From assembly GCA_027451365.1 (NCBI GenBank), contig DAIDJN010000053.1, forward strand, positions 1 through 64,000: a DNA stretch of 64,000 bases, given 5' to 3'. Positions 38,095 through 47,180 of this stretch are shown here, in pieces; positions within the stretch are counted from its first letter, which is position 1, and every line of letters starts with the position of its first letter. The position numbers were made by a program, and so were the translations under genes. The notes below the pieces were generated by a model. It was not told the origin of the DNA. It searched no databases and was given only the letters and a program-made list of their open reading frames with translations. The DNA is from Phycisphaerales bacterium. Its GTDB lineage: Bacteria; Planctomycetota; Phycisphaerae; WQYP01.

Positions 38095-39321
38095 ATGGCA
38101 TTGGATAATAGCTCTATCACCGCGCCTAAGGGATTTCTTGCAGGCGCTGTCGCCTGCGGCATCAAGGCTTCCGGAAAACCCGACCTGGCGATTCTGGCTT
38201 CACGGGTGCCAGCCGCCGGAGCAGCGGTCTTCACCACCAACAAAGTCGTCGGCGCGCCGGTGCTGGTGGGCCGCGAACAAATCAAGGCAGGTCGACTCGG
38301 AGCCTGCATCATTAACAGCGGTTGCGCCAATGTCTGCACCGGCAAACGCGGCATCAAAGATGCTCGCGACATGTGCGCGATTGCCTCCAACGCATTGGCC
38401 CGCACTGGCATCGTTCATCCCGCGGCGGATATTCTGCCCTTCAGCACGGGGGTCATCGGCCATTATCTCCCCATGCAAAAAATTCGCGACGGGGCTTCCA
38501 AACTTATCGCCTCATTTGGCGATTCCCCGGCCCATGGCCACGCCTTTGCCCATGGAATTCTCACCACCGATCTGGTACCAAAATCGGCTGTTTTCAGACT
38601 CAAGCTTTCCGGCAAAACCGTCACGATCGCCGGCTGCTGTAAAGGATCAGGCATGATCGCCCCCAATATGGCGACCATGCTGGCTTTCGTCGCCACCGAT
38701 GCAAATATCCCGCCGGGTCTGCTCCGGCGACTTCTGCGCACCGTTACCGCAGAAACCTTTAATTGCGTCACTGTCGATCAACATACCAGCACCAGCGATA
38801 CCTTTGCATGTATCGCCAACGGCCTGGCCGAAAATATCTCTATCAGGGCCAATTCCCAGAATCTTAAGGCATTCCTGCGCGGGCTTTTAACCGTGTGCGA
38901 TTCGCTTTCCCGGCAAATCGCCCGCGATGGCGAAGGTGCCACCAAACTCGTGACCGTTCGCGTCACCGGTGCCGCAAACGCGGCTGATGCTCATCGTGCC
39001 GCCATGGCCATCGCCAACAGCCCGCTGGCAAAAACCGCCATCCATGGCGGCGATCCCAATTGGGGCAGATTTGTCAGCGCCGCCGGCTACAGCGGTGCCG
39101 CACTTAATCCTGACCGCGCCAGTTGTCGTGTTGCGGGCATCCCGGTGTTCCGCAACGGTAAGCCGGCGGTTAAAAGTCTTGCCGCTGTTGAAGCCCGCAT
39201 GAAACTCCCGGAAATTGATATTCTGGTGGACCTGGGCACTGGGAAAAGTGGCAAGGCTCGCGTCTATACCTGCGATCTTTCACGCCAATACATCACGATT
39301 AACGCGGATTACCACACCTGA
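38095..39321 (+). CDS. argJ: Ornithine acetyltransferase / N-acetylglutamate synthase
   Basis: NSGCANVCTG, STGVIG, KGSGMIAPNMATML, DGEGATK, DPNWGR, INADYHT. Confidence 0.97.
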   Translation: MALDNSSITAPKGFLAGAVACGIKASGKPDLAILASRVPAAGAAVFTTNKVVGAPVLVGREQIKAGRLGACIINSGCANVCTGKRGIKDARDMCAIASNALARTGIVHPAADILPFSTGVIGHYLPMQKIRDGASKLIASFGDSPAHGHAFAHGILTTDLVPKSAVFRLKLSGKTVTIAGCCKGSGMIAPNMATMLAFVATDANIPPGLLRRLLRTVTAETFNCVTVDQHTSTSDTFACIANGLAENISIRANSQNLKAFLRGLLTVCDSLSRQIARDGEGATKLVTVRVTGAANAADAHRAAMAIANSPLAKTAIHGGDPNWGRFVSAAGYSGAALNPDRASCRVAGIPVFRNGKPAVKSLAAVEARMKLPEIDILVDLGTGKSGKARVYTCDLSRQYITINADYHT

Positions 39322-39374
39322 TCGCAAATTCTGAGGCCTGTTGCGGCGAGCCGCCGATTGCATGCAGCCTTGTT

Positions 39375-40775
39375 TCAGTTACGAACAATCCGCATGACAT
39401 GCAGCGTTTTGCCCGGCATATCCACCGGCAACACACCGCGGACGCGAACCATCCGCGAATTTTGTGAAGGTTTCGTTCCAGACGATGTGATATAAGATTC
39501 CACGCGCCACACACCATCGCCCAGCGCCGAAAGATCCACCTGCACTCGCCTTTCGCGCGGCCGATCATTGAGGATAGCCACCACCACCGCGCGGCTGGCA
39601 ATATCCACCGCCGCCAGTGAATCGGCGCTGGAAGATGCAATAAATCGGCAGCCAGGCCTGAAAAAGCGACTGAAACCGGCCATCACATGGTATTTATCAT
39701 TCACGACAAAATCGGTGGCTTTTCCGTTCAGTTCATTGGCCAAAAAGCCCCATCCGCCCACACCATCCACCGCCTGCCAGTAAACCCACGCGGCGGGACG
39801 CAGTTCGCGCATATCCTCGACTATACGCCGCGCCATGGTCATGCCGCCCGCGTCGCCATCTCCATATTCCGACATCCAGAGCACTTTGCCCCCCTGTGCA
39901 GCGGCGCGCCGCAATGCGCTGCGCTGATTGCCCGAATAGCTGTGCGTATCGATCTGGTGAACCAGTTCCCGCGACAACGCTTTGTACGACTGCCATGTCC
40001 GCACCGTTTCGTCTATCGAATTGTCATCCGGCGCGGCAATCCGCGTCGCCAATCCCCGGTATCGCAACGCCCGCGCCAGCCGCACAATTATTTCCTGCTG
40101 CTGCGCATTGCCGATATGACACCCCTCCTGCCACCCTCCGAATTTCCACCATGCGGAAACCGGTTCATTGAACGCCTCCAGCGTCTGGAAGCGAATGCCC
40201 ATTCTTCGGCGGAAATAAGCCGTTACCTCCACCAGGTAATTTACGAACGCTTGTTCATCATCCTCACGCAGATTCGGCCCGCCGCCGCGGCCGCCCGTCA
40301 CGCTGCCGCTTCGCGTCATGTAATACGGCGGAGAATTCGAAAAGGCCTGTACCTGGTTGACACCCAGCCGCATTGCTTCCCGCAGAACCAGAACCTGATT
40401 CCGGTCCGCAGTCCAATCCCATTTGCCCGGGGTTGGCGCAAAACCCGGAATCGCCGCGCGATACCTTAAGAATGAATATTTTGGATTTTCCCCGCCGCCA
40501 ATATTGTAACGGGCCACATTCAGCCCCAGACCACGAACCGGATGGAATATTTTTTCCATATACCGTCGGCGGATATGCGCAGGAAACCCGCCCACCACAT
40601 GAGCCCACCACGCAAGGCTGGTTCCCCACCCCGTAAACCGCTGCAAGCGTATACGCGGATTGATCCGAATCACCTCCGCCGAGGCCCCCGACCCGCCCGC
40701 CCGGAACACCGCCGCCGACGCCAATCCGCCAAGCTGGCCCATCGCATCGCGACGGTTGATCGATTGTTCTGCCAT
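39375..40775 (-). CDS. GH30 glycoside hydrolase (endo-beta-1,6-galactanase-like), Tat signal
   Basis: NRRDAMG Tat motif; GWGTSLAWWA, RYNIGGG, FSNSPP, FNEP, THSY, LWMSEYG, AWVYWQ. Confidence 0.85.
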   Translation of the reverse strand: MAEQSINRRDAMGQLGGLASAAVFRAGGSGASAEVIRINPRIRLQRFTGWGTSLAWWAHVVGGFPAHIRRRYMEKIFHPVRGLGLNVARYNIGGGENPKYSFLRYRAAIPGFAPTPGKWDWTADRNQVLVLREAMRLGVNQVQAFSNSPPYYMTRSGSVTGGRGGGPNLREDDEQAFVNYLVEVTAYFRRRMGIRFQTLEAFNEPVSAWWKFGGWQEGCHIGNAQQQEIIVRLARALRYRGLATRIAAPDDNSIDETVRTWQSYKALSRELVHQIDTHSYSGNQRSALRRAAAQGGKVLWMSEYGDGDAGGMTMARRIVEDMRELRPAAWVYWQAVDGVGGWGFLANELNGKATDFVVNDKYHVMAGFSRFFRPGCRFIASSSADSLAAVDIASRAVVVAILNDRPRERRVQVDLSALGDGVWRVESYITSSGTKPSQNSRMVRVRGVLPVDMPGKTLHVMRIVRN

Positions 40776-40978
40776 GATTCACCGACCCTTTAACCAACCC
40801 CTTCCACATCGCTTTGCCAGTTGCGGGAAATTTACCTCCACCATTCCGGCGTTACTCTCTTTATTATAATCCAGCGCCGGACTATCGGGCACGTCCTCAC
40901 CTTGTCCGGTGCGCATTTGGCGACTGCCCCGGCAGTGAATACAATGGCAACCAGTGTTTTGCCCATAAGGAGTTACGG

Positions 40979-42382
40979 GTGGCTGAAGAAAAATTTGATC
41001 TGATTATTGTCGGCTCGGGGCCGGCCGGTTATGTGGCGGCCGTGCGCGCGGCTCAGCTCGGCAAAAAAGTAGCCTGTGTGGAACGGACCGAACTTGGCGG
41101 CATCTGCCTTAACTGGGGATGCATCCCCACCAAAGCTCTCATTCAAGATGCCCATTTTATGCACCAGATGACCCATGTCGCCCCGGAATATGGCCTTAAA
41201 ATTGACCCCGCCAATCTCCAATGGAATAAAATTGTCGCCCGCAGCCGGGGCACGGCGGCCACCATGCGCAAGGGAATTGAATTCCTGTTCAAAAAAAACA
41301 AGATAACGGCCTTTGTCGGCAACGCCTTTGTCAGCAAAGTCGGCACGGTGGAGGTGAGGGATACATCGGGCAAAACCACCCACACCCTTTCCACCGACAA
41401 AATCCTGATTGTCACCGGTGCCCGCAGCCGCGAGTTGCCCGGCATAAAAGCCGATGGCAAACGGATTATCACCAGCCGTGAGGCCATGATCCTGCCCGAA
41501 ATTCCCAAACGCATGGTGATTATCGGGGCAGGCGCAATCGGCGTGGAATTTGCATACGTTTACAATGCCTTCGGAACGCAGGTGACGCTTGTCGAAATGC
41601 TTCCAGAGATTTTGCCCATTGAAGATGCGGAAATAAGCGCCGGCCTGCGGACAATTTTCTCCAAACGCGGCATTGATGTCCGCACCCGCACCCGCACTGA
41701 GAAAGTCGAACTCACCGACAAAGCCGTGAAGGTGACGCTCCTCGATCAGGACAAAAACACACAGTCGGTCGTGGAAACCGATGTGGTGTTGGTTGCCGTC
41801 GGCGTAACCGGCAATATCGAAGGATTATTCGCGCCGCCCGCCCAGCCCCTGGTCGATCGCGGAGCAATTAAAGTCAACAAGGCGTTTGAAACGTCTGTCC
41901 CCGGAATTTATGCCGCCGGCGATGTCATCGGCCCGCCTTGGCTGGCCCATGTCGCCAGCATGGAAGCCACCATCGCCGTGGAACGTATGTTCGGCGTCAA
42001 TCAACGGGAAATGGATTATTCCCTGATTCCCGGCTGCACCTATTGTTCGCCCCAGGTGGCCAGCGTCGGCTTGACCGAAAGCAAATGTCAGGAAATGGGA
42101 CTGAAATATAAAGTCGGAAAATACCGGTTCGCCAACAACGGCAAAGCACAGGCCATTGGCGAGCCGGATGGCCTGGTAAAACTCATTTTTGACGAAAAGC
42201 ATGGCGAATTGCTCGGCGCGCACATTCTGGGCGCAGAAGCCACCGAAATGCTCGCGGAACTCGTTCTGGCCAAGCGGCTGGAAGCCACCAGCACAGAGCT
42301 TTTCACCACCATCCACGCTCATCCGACCCTGTCAGAAACTATTATGGATGCGGCCGGTGCCGCTGTTGGTCTGGGCCATTAA
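40979..42382 (+). CDS. lpdA: Dihydrolipoamide dehydrogenase
   Basis: GSGPAGY, GGICLNWGCIPTK, GAGAIGVE, HAHPTLSE; AAGGAG RBS before GTG. Confidence 0.96.
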   Translation: MAEEKFDLIIVGSGPAGYVAAVRAAQLGKKVACVERTELGGICLNWGCIPTKALIQDAHFMHQMTHVAPEYGLKIDPANLQWNKIVARSRGTAATMRKGIEFLFKKNKITAFVGNAFVSKVGTVEVRDTSGKTTHTLSTDKILIVTGARSRELPGIKADGKRIITSREAMILPEIPKRMVIIGAGAIGVEFAYVYNAFGTQVTLVEMLPEILPIEDAEISAGLRTIFSKRGIDVRTRTRTEKVELTDKAVKVTLLDQDKNTQSVVETDVVLVAVGVTGNIEGLFAPPAQPLVDRGAIKVNKAFETSVPGIYAAGDVIGPPWLAHVASMEATIAVERMFGVNQREMDYSLIPGCTYCSPQVASVGLTESKCQEMGLKYKVGKYRFANNGKAQAIGEPDGLVKLIFDEKHGELLGAHILGAEATEMLAELVLAKRLEATSTELFTTIHAHPTLSETIMDAAGAAVGLGH

Positions 42383-42467
42383 AAATTTGGTGAACACAAC
42401 GGGATCGGCGGTTCGCCGCCATTTGCGAAATTGAATCCAAGGACAGTAAAACTTTACGGACTGCTGC

Positions 42468-44321
42468 ATGACAATGACCCCAAATGACAATCCCTTTTTG
42501 AACCGGCCCAATGCCGCGGTCAATCCGGTTCCCCAGCCGGTCCCGCAACTGGTTCAATCTCCGGCAAATTCTCCCGCGCCAGCGCAATCCGAGCCTGTCA
42601 GCCCGCAATCCGCCGCCAATTCGCCCGCCAGAATAACCGCGCCGCACAGCGTGCAGTCGCGCGCTAATAATTCGTTTCGCGATACACTGGAAACAGTCAT
42701 TCTGGCCCTGATCCTCGCGTTTACCTTCCGTACCTTTTGCGTGGAAGCATTCGTCATTCCCACCGGCTCCATGGCACCCACGCTGATGGGCGCCCATTTC
42801 CGCGCTATCTGCCCAAAATGCGGCTATCGGTTCAATGTAAATGCCGATGTCAGCGTCCAATGGCTGCCAGTGGCCAGAAATTTTAACGGATCCCTCGAAT
42901 ACAACCTGGCGCGCGTCCCCAACGGTGAACTACAAGACCCCTATGCACTGCCCCTGGCGCCTTACATCATGTGTCCGAATTGCCATTACATGATCCCGGT
43001 CGATTCGCTGCCCGACAAACCCATCGTGCACCGTAAAGTTCATTGGAGCGGAAATGTTCCGGTTTCCGGCACAGTCGCTTTTCCGTTCGCCTCCAACGGC
43101 GACCACGTGCTGGTTCAGAAATACCTGTACTGGTTCGAACATCCCAAACGTTGGGATATTGTCGTATTTCGCGAACCAATGAAGGGCAAACAGAATTTCA
43201 TCAAACGCCTGGTCGGCCTGCCCGGCGAAACAGTGCGAATTGTCGATGGCGATGTGTTTATCAATGGCAAAATTGCCCATAAGCCGCCCGCAGTCCAGCG
43301 CGCCACCCTTCAAATGGTCTATGACAACGATTATTACCCGCGCGATGCCGGCAAACCCCGGCGGCACTCCGCCACATGGAACAGCCCATGGGTTCCCGCG
43401 GGCACACCCGCCATGACCGCACTCTGGAACACCCATGGCCCGACAGTCCGATTCAAGTCCGGCAAAACCATCACCACGGGTGCTTTGAATTTTGTCCGAA
43501 GTGGCAGTTATCTTATGGATGTCATTGGTTACGACACCAAGGCCGAGTACTTTGAAGGCGGTGGCTCACTGAACGGAACATCTCTTGATGGCAACCTCTT
43601 CCTGCACACCGTCTGGAAACCCGAAGCATCCAATTCCGCCATCAGTATCGCCCTGGGCCGCGAAAGCAATCTCTATAAAATCCGGCTGAATCAAAGTGGG
43701 CGCTTTCAGCTTTTCCACTGGATGCCCAAGTCCAATTCGTTTTCCATAATCGCGCCCCGGAAAATGGATCGCCTGCTTACCGCCAGCCCGGTTGCGCCCG
43801 GGTCCCCCTGCCGCATCAGCATGAGCAACGAAGACCATCAGATTCGATTCTGGATCAACGGCCAACTGGTTCTCCAATACACCAGTGCATGGACGGCCCG
43901 ACAGGCTATTGCACAAGTTCAGACCGCTCGCCAGTTCGGGCAGGAGGAACCGCGCATTTCCCTGCATGTTCAGGGGACCTGCTCTCTGCGGCACCTTATT
44001 CTTATGCGCGACATTTATTACACCCAGATGACCATCGAAGGAACCAGCAGTCCCGGCACAGGCACCATGACCAACCCCATTACTCTGAAAAAAAACCAGT
44101 ATTTCGTTCTTGGAGACAATTCCAACTACAGCGACGACAGCCGCGCCTGGAACACCGTTGAACCCCTCTGGCGGAAGCTGCATCTGCCGCTCGGCGTTGT
44201 GCCGCAACGTTTTCTTATCGGCCGCGCCTTCATGGTTTACTGGCCCGCCGGCTTTAGACCGTTGCGGTTCATCAACTGGGCCTTTATTCCGAATGTTGGA
44301 AAAATGCGGTTCATACGGTAG
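42468..44321 (+). CDS. lepB: Signal peptidase I with large insertions
   Basis: FVIPTGSMAPTL, GDHVLV, NFIKRLVGLPGE, YFVLGDNSNYSDDSR, IGRAF; inserted CPKCG and CPNCH. Confidence 0.9.
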   Translation: MTMTPNDNPFLNRPNAAVNPVPQPVPQLVQSPANSPAPAQSEPVSPQSAANSPARITAPHSVQSRANNSFRDTLETVILALILAFTFRTFCVEAFVIPTGSMAPTLMGAHFRAICPKCGYRFNVNADVSVQWLPVARNFNGSLEYNLARVPNGELQDPYALPLAPYIMCPNCHYMIPVDSLPDKPIVHRKVHWSGNVPVSGTVAFPFASNGDHVLVQKYLYWFEHPKRWDIVVFREPMKGKQNFIKRLVGLPGETVRIVDGDVFINGKIAHKPPAVQRATLQMVYDNDYYPRDAGKPRRHSATWNSPWVPAGTPAMTALWNTHGPTVRFKSGKTITTGALNFVRSGSYLMDVIGYDTKAEYFEGGGSLNGTSLDGNLFLHTVWKPEASNSAISIALGRESNLYKIRLNQSGRFQLFHWMPKSNSFSIIAPRKMDRLLTASPVAPGSPCRISMSNEDHQIRFWINGQLVLQYTSAWTARQAIAQVQTARQFGQEEPRISLHVQGTCSLRHLILMRDIYYTQMTIEGTSSPGTGTMTNPITLKKNQYFVLGDNSNYSDDSRAWNTVEPLWRKLHLPLGVVPQRFLIGRAFMVYWPAGFRPLRFINWAFIPNVGKMRFIR

Positions 44322-44388
44322 CGGCCGCACCATTCGGCCCGCCACACCGGGCTTACGCATCCTGTGAAACTGCAAGAAGGAACAGCGA

Positions 44389-45753
44389 TTGTCAGGCGAT
44401 CCAGTGCCATCCGTTACATTCCGCTCTAACCGTCAGGCAACGGTTCTGGCGATTATTGTCGGCGTCGGTCTGGTGCTTACGATTATCATGGCCTTTCAGG
44501 CCCGCATGCGCCAGGAAAAAAAGGAACGCACGCACTCCACCCGGCAGGTCAATGATTTTGACCGTTGGACTCTTATGGTGCCGCAGTTTCTCCATCAGCA
44601 CGCCAACTACACCAGCGACAGTTTTCCCAATCCACCCGTCACGCTTCTGGCCTTCGCGCCATTGACGCTGCTTTCACCGCCAAATGCGCAATTCGCATGG
44701 GTCTGCTGCAAGTTTTTCTTCTGCCTGATTATTTTCTGGGCGCTCTGGAACCTTATTCGCCAGGCCGGCGTGCGGCTCTCCGAACCCGCGATCCTTCTGA
44801 TTCTGGGAGTGTGGCTCTGGCCGGTCCTTGGTGACATGCAGGAAGGGCAAACCAATCTGCTCATGCTTGCGCCCCTGGCCGCCGGTCTCTGGGCCGCCCA
44901 GGGACGCACCCTCTGGCTTAAACAACTCGGCGGTCTGCTGGTGGCGCTGGCCGTCTGCATTAAAGTCACACCCGTTATTTTCCTCATCTATTTTATCTGG
45001 AAGCGGGAATGGAATATGGCGGTGGGTATTCTGCTTGGCCTTATAATCTGGCTGATCGTGGTTCCGGGCCTGGCCTTCGGATGGAGCCAGAACCTGCTGT
45101 GGCTGGGCCAATGGGCGCATATTATGATCCTCCCTTATGTCACCGGCGGCCATGTCGAATATTTCGTTGGCCAGTCAGTTCCCAGTTTTCTTTCGCGCCT
45201 GATCCGTCATGTTCCGGCCTTTCATTATCATCTGGCCGGCTCGCCGGTCTGGCATTATCAGTATGTCAATATATTAAGCCTGCCCGCGACACTCAGCGAC
45301 CGCCTCATCCGCATTTTTCTGGTTGCCATCGGTTTGATCGGCCTCTGGTGGGCTCGCAAAAAGCTGCCGACACTCCGCTGCCGCCGCTATGCACTGGAAA
45401 TTGGCGCGGTGGCCGCTTTTGAACTCTGGGCCTCTCCACGAACCTGGGTGCCCCACTATGTCACGCTGGCGATCACTCTTTTTGCCACAGCCATGATCCT
45501 CAGCGATCCGCTGATGGCCCCTGCCGTCCGCCGCCGCGCCGCGATCGGCCTGGGAATCGCCGCCTTCCTCATGTTCCTGACCACCGATGTCGGCAAGGTT
45601 TTCGGCCACAACGGCCACCGCTGGCTGCTGACACTCGGAGTGTCGCTATGGGGTTCCGTCCTGCTGGTCTGGTCCATATTTCAGGCCGGTTCCCAATTAC
45701 CCGTCCAACCCGCCCCGGCTCCGGAAACCGCAAAGGAACCCAACTGCCCATGA
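44389..45753 (+). CDS. GT87 (DUF2029) membrane glycosyltransferase
   Basis: FPNPP, EGQTNL, IKVTP, QS, SPRTWVPHY; multiple TMs. Confidence 0.8.
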   Translation: MSGDPVPSVTFRSNRQATVLAIIVGVGLVLTIIMAFQARMRQEKKERTHSTRQVNDFDRWTLMVPQFLHQHANYTSDSFPNPPVTLLAFAPLTLLSPPNAQFAWVCCKFFFCLIIFWALWNLIRQAGVRLSEPAILLILGVWLWPVLGDMQEGQTNLLMLAPLAAGLWAAQGRTLWLKQLGGLLVALAVCIKVTPVIFLIYFIWKREWNMAVGILLGLIIWLIVVPGLAFGWSQNLLWLGQWAHIMILPYVTGGHVEYFVGQSVPSFLSRLIRHVPAFHYHLAGSPVWHYQYVNILSLPATLSDRLIRIFLVAIGLIGLWWARKKLPTLRCRRYALEIGAVAAFELWASPRTWVPHYVTLAITLFATAMILSDPLMAPAVRRRAAIGLGIAAFLMFLTTDVGKVFGHNGHRWLLTLGVSLWGSVLLVWSIFQAGSQLPVQPAPAPETAKEPNCP

Positions 45754-46250
45754 ACAATATCTGTTATCTTGCCATCGGCAGCAATATCGGCAACCGCCTG
45801 GAAAACCTGGCCGCCGCCCGCGCCGCCATCGCGGCGTTGCCCGACACGCGAATGCTTGAATCGTCTCATGACCACATCACCCGGCCGGTGGGCGGCCCGC
45901 CCGGCCAGAATGACTACCTTAACGCCGCGATCAAAATTCAGACCAGCCTTCCCCCGCCGCAGTTGCTTTCGTGCCTGCTGGACATTGAACGGCGCATGGG
46001 CCGCCAGCGCGGCCGCGAAGGCCGCAACGGACCACGTATAATAGATATAGATATATTATTTTACGGCGAGGTCGTTCTGTCCTCACCCGATCTTATTATT
46101 CCCCACCCGCGCATGCACCTGCGAACCTTCGTGCTTATGCCGCTATGTGATATCGCGCCCGACCTCATTCATCCGGTCCTGGGTCTGCCTGTCCGTCTGC
46201 TGGCCGCCCGCTGCTATGCCGGAGGTGCCACCATGGAGGCAGCCCCATGA
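45750..46250 (+). CDS. folK: HPPK (dihydropteridine pyrophosphokinase)
   Basis: YLAIGSNIG, YLNAA, GPRIIDIDIL, PHPRMHLRTFVL. Confidence 0.96.
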   Translation: MNNICYLAIGSNIGNRLENLAAARAAIAALPDTRMLESSHDHITRPVGGPPGQNDYLNAAIKIQTSLPPPQLLSCLLDIERRMGRQRGREGRNGPRIIDIDILFYGEVVLSSPDLIIPHPRMHLRTFVLMPLCDIAPDLIHPVLGLPVRLLAARCYAGGATMEAAP

Positions 46251-47167
46251 CGCTGACCATTGCACGCTCTATTGCCGATTGCCGTGCCGCCAGAGCGCTG
46301 CTGGCACCCAAACGCCCCGTCGTTTTTGTACCCACCATGGGCGCACTTCACGCCGGACATGGCCAGCTTATCACCCTGGCGCGGAAGCTTGCCACTCCCA
46401 ATGGCGCTGTCGTTGCTTCCATTTTTGTAAACCCACTCCAATTCGGCCCGCACGAAGACTTCCACCGCTATCCGCGCCCATTTTCCGCCGATACCCAACT
46501 CCTGGAACATCTGAATACCGATTTGCTTTTCGCACCCGACCTGAATGACATGTATCCCGTCGGCGAGGCCCTCGTTACCGTGGATCCCGGACCTCTGGCC
46601 ACTGTTTTGGAAGGCAAAATCCGCCCTGGCCATTTTCGCGGGGTCTGCACCGTAGTCGCCAAACTCCTGGCGATTGTGCAATGCGATATCCTTATTCTTG
46701 GCCAGAAAGACTATCAGCAGCAGGCCGTCATTCGCCAGATGATTGCGGACCTCAATTTCCCCACACAATTAATCGTCGCCCCTACCATCCGCGAGCCTGA
46801 TGGCCTGGCCATGAGCAGCCGCAACCGGTATTTATCCGCCGACCAGCGCCCCCGTGCGGCCGTCATTTATCAGGCCCTCACCGCGGCACGCAATAGAATT
46901 CAATCCGGCCAGCGCAATGCCGCCGCCATATCCGCCGCAATCACTACGCAAATTGCCGCCGCCGGACTCGCCATTGATTACGCACTGCCTTGCGATACGG
47001 AAACGCTCGCGGAACTCAAAGACGAAATAACCGGGCCTTGCGTTCTGCTCGTGGCCGCCCGCCTGGGCACAACCCGTCTGATTGACAATCTGATCGTTGA
47101 ATCCGAATCGCTGGCCGCAACAACGCCGTCGCCACTGGAACCGCCATCCGCCTTGCCACAAATTTGA
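46247..47167 (+). CDS. panC: Pantoate-beta-alanine ligase
   Basis: PTMGALHAGH, SIFVNPLQF, RPGHFRGV, GQKDYQQ, DGLAMSSRN, RLIDN. Confidence 0.97.
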   Translation: MTLTIARSIADCRAARALLAPKRPVVFVPTMGALHAGHGQLITLARKLATPNGAVVASIFVNPLQFGPHEDFHRYPRPFSADTQLLEHLNTDLLFAPDLNDMYPVGEALVTVDPGPLATVLEGKIRPGHFRGVCTVVAKLLAIVQCDILILGQKDYQQQAVIRQMIADLNFPTQLIVAPTIREPDGLAMSSRNRYLSADQRPRAAVIYQALTAARNRIQSGQRNAAAISAAITTQIAAAGLAIDYALPCDTETLAELKDEITGPCVLLVAARLGTTRLIDNLIVESESLAATTPSPLEPPSALPQI

Positions 47168-47180
47168 TATGGAGCAACCC

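Noticed and set aside
45750..47167. folK-panC without panB, with panD 34 kb away
   Set aside because: Scattered pathway genes are ordinary; panB may lie outside the window
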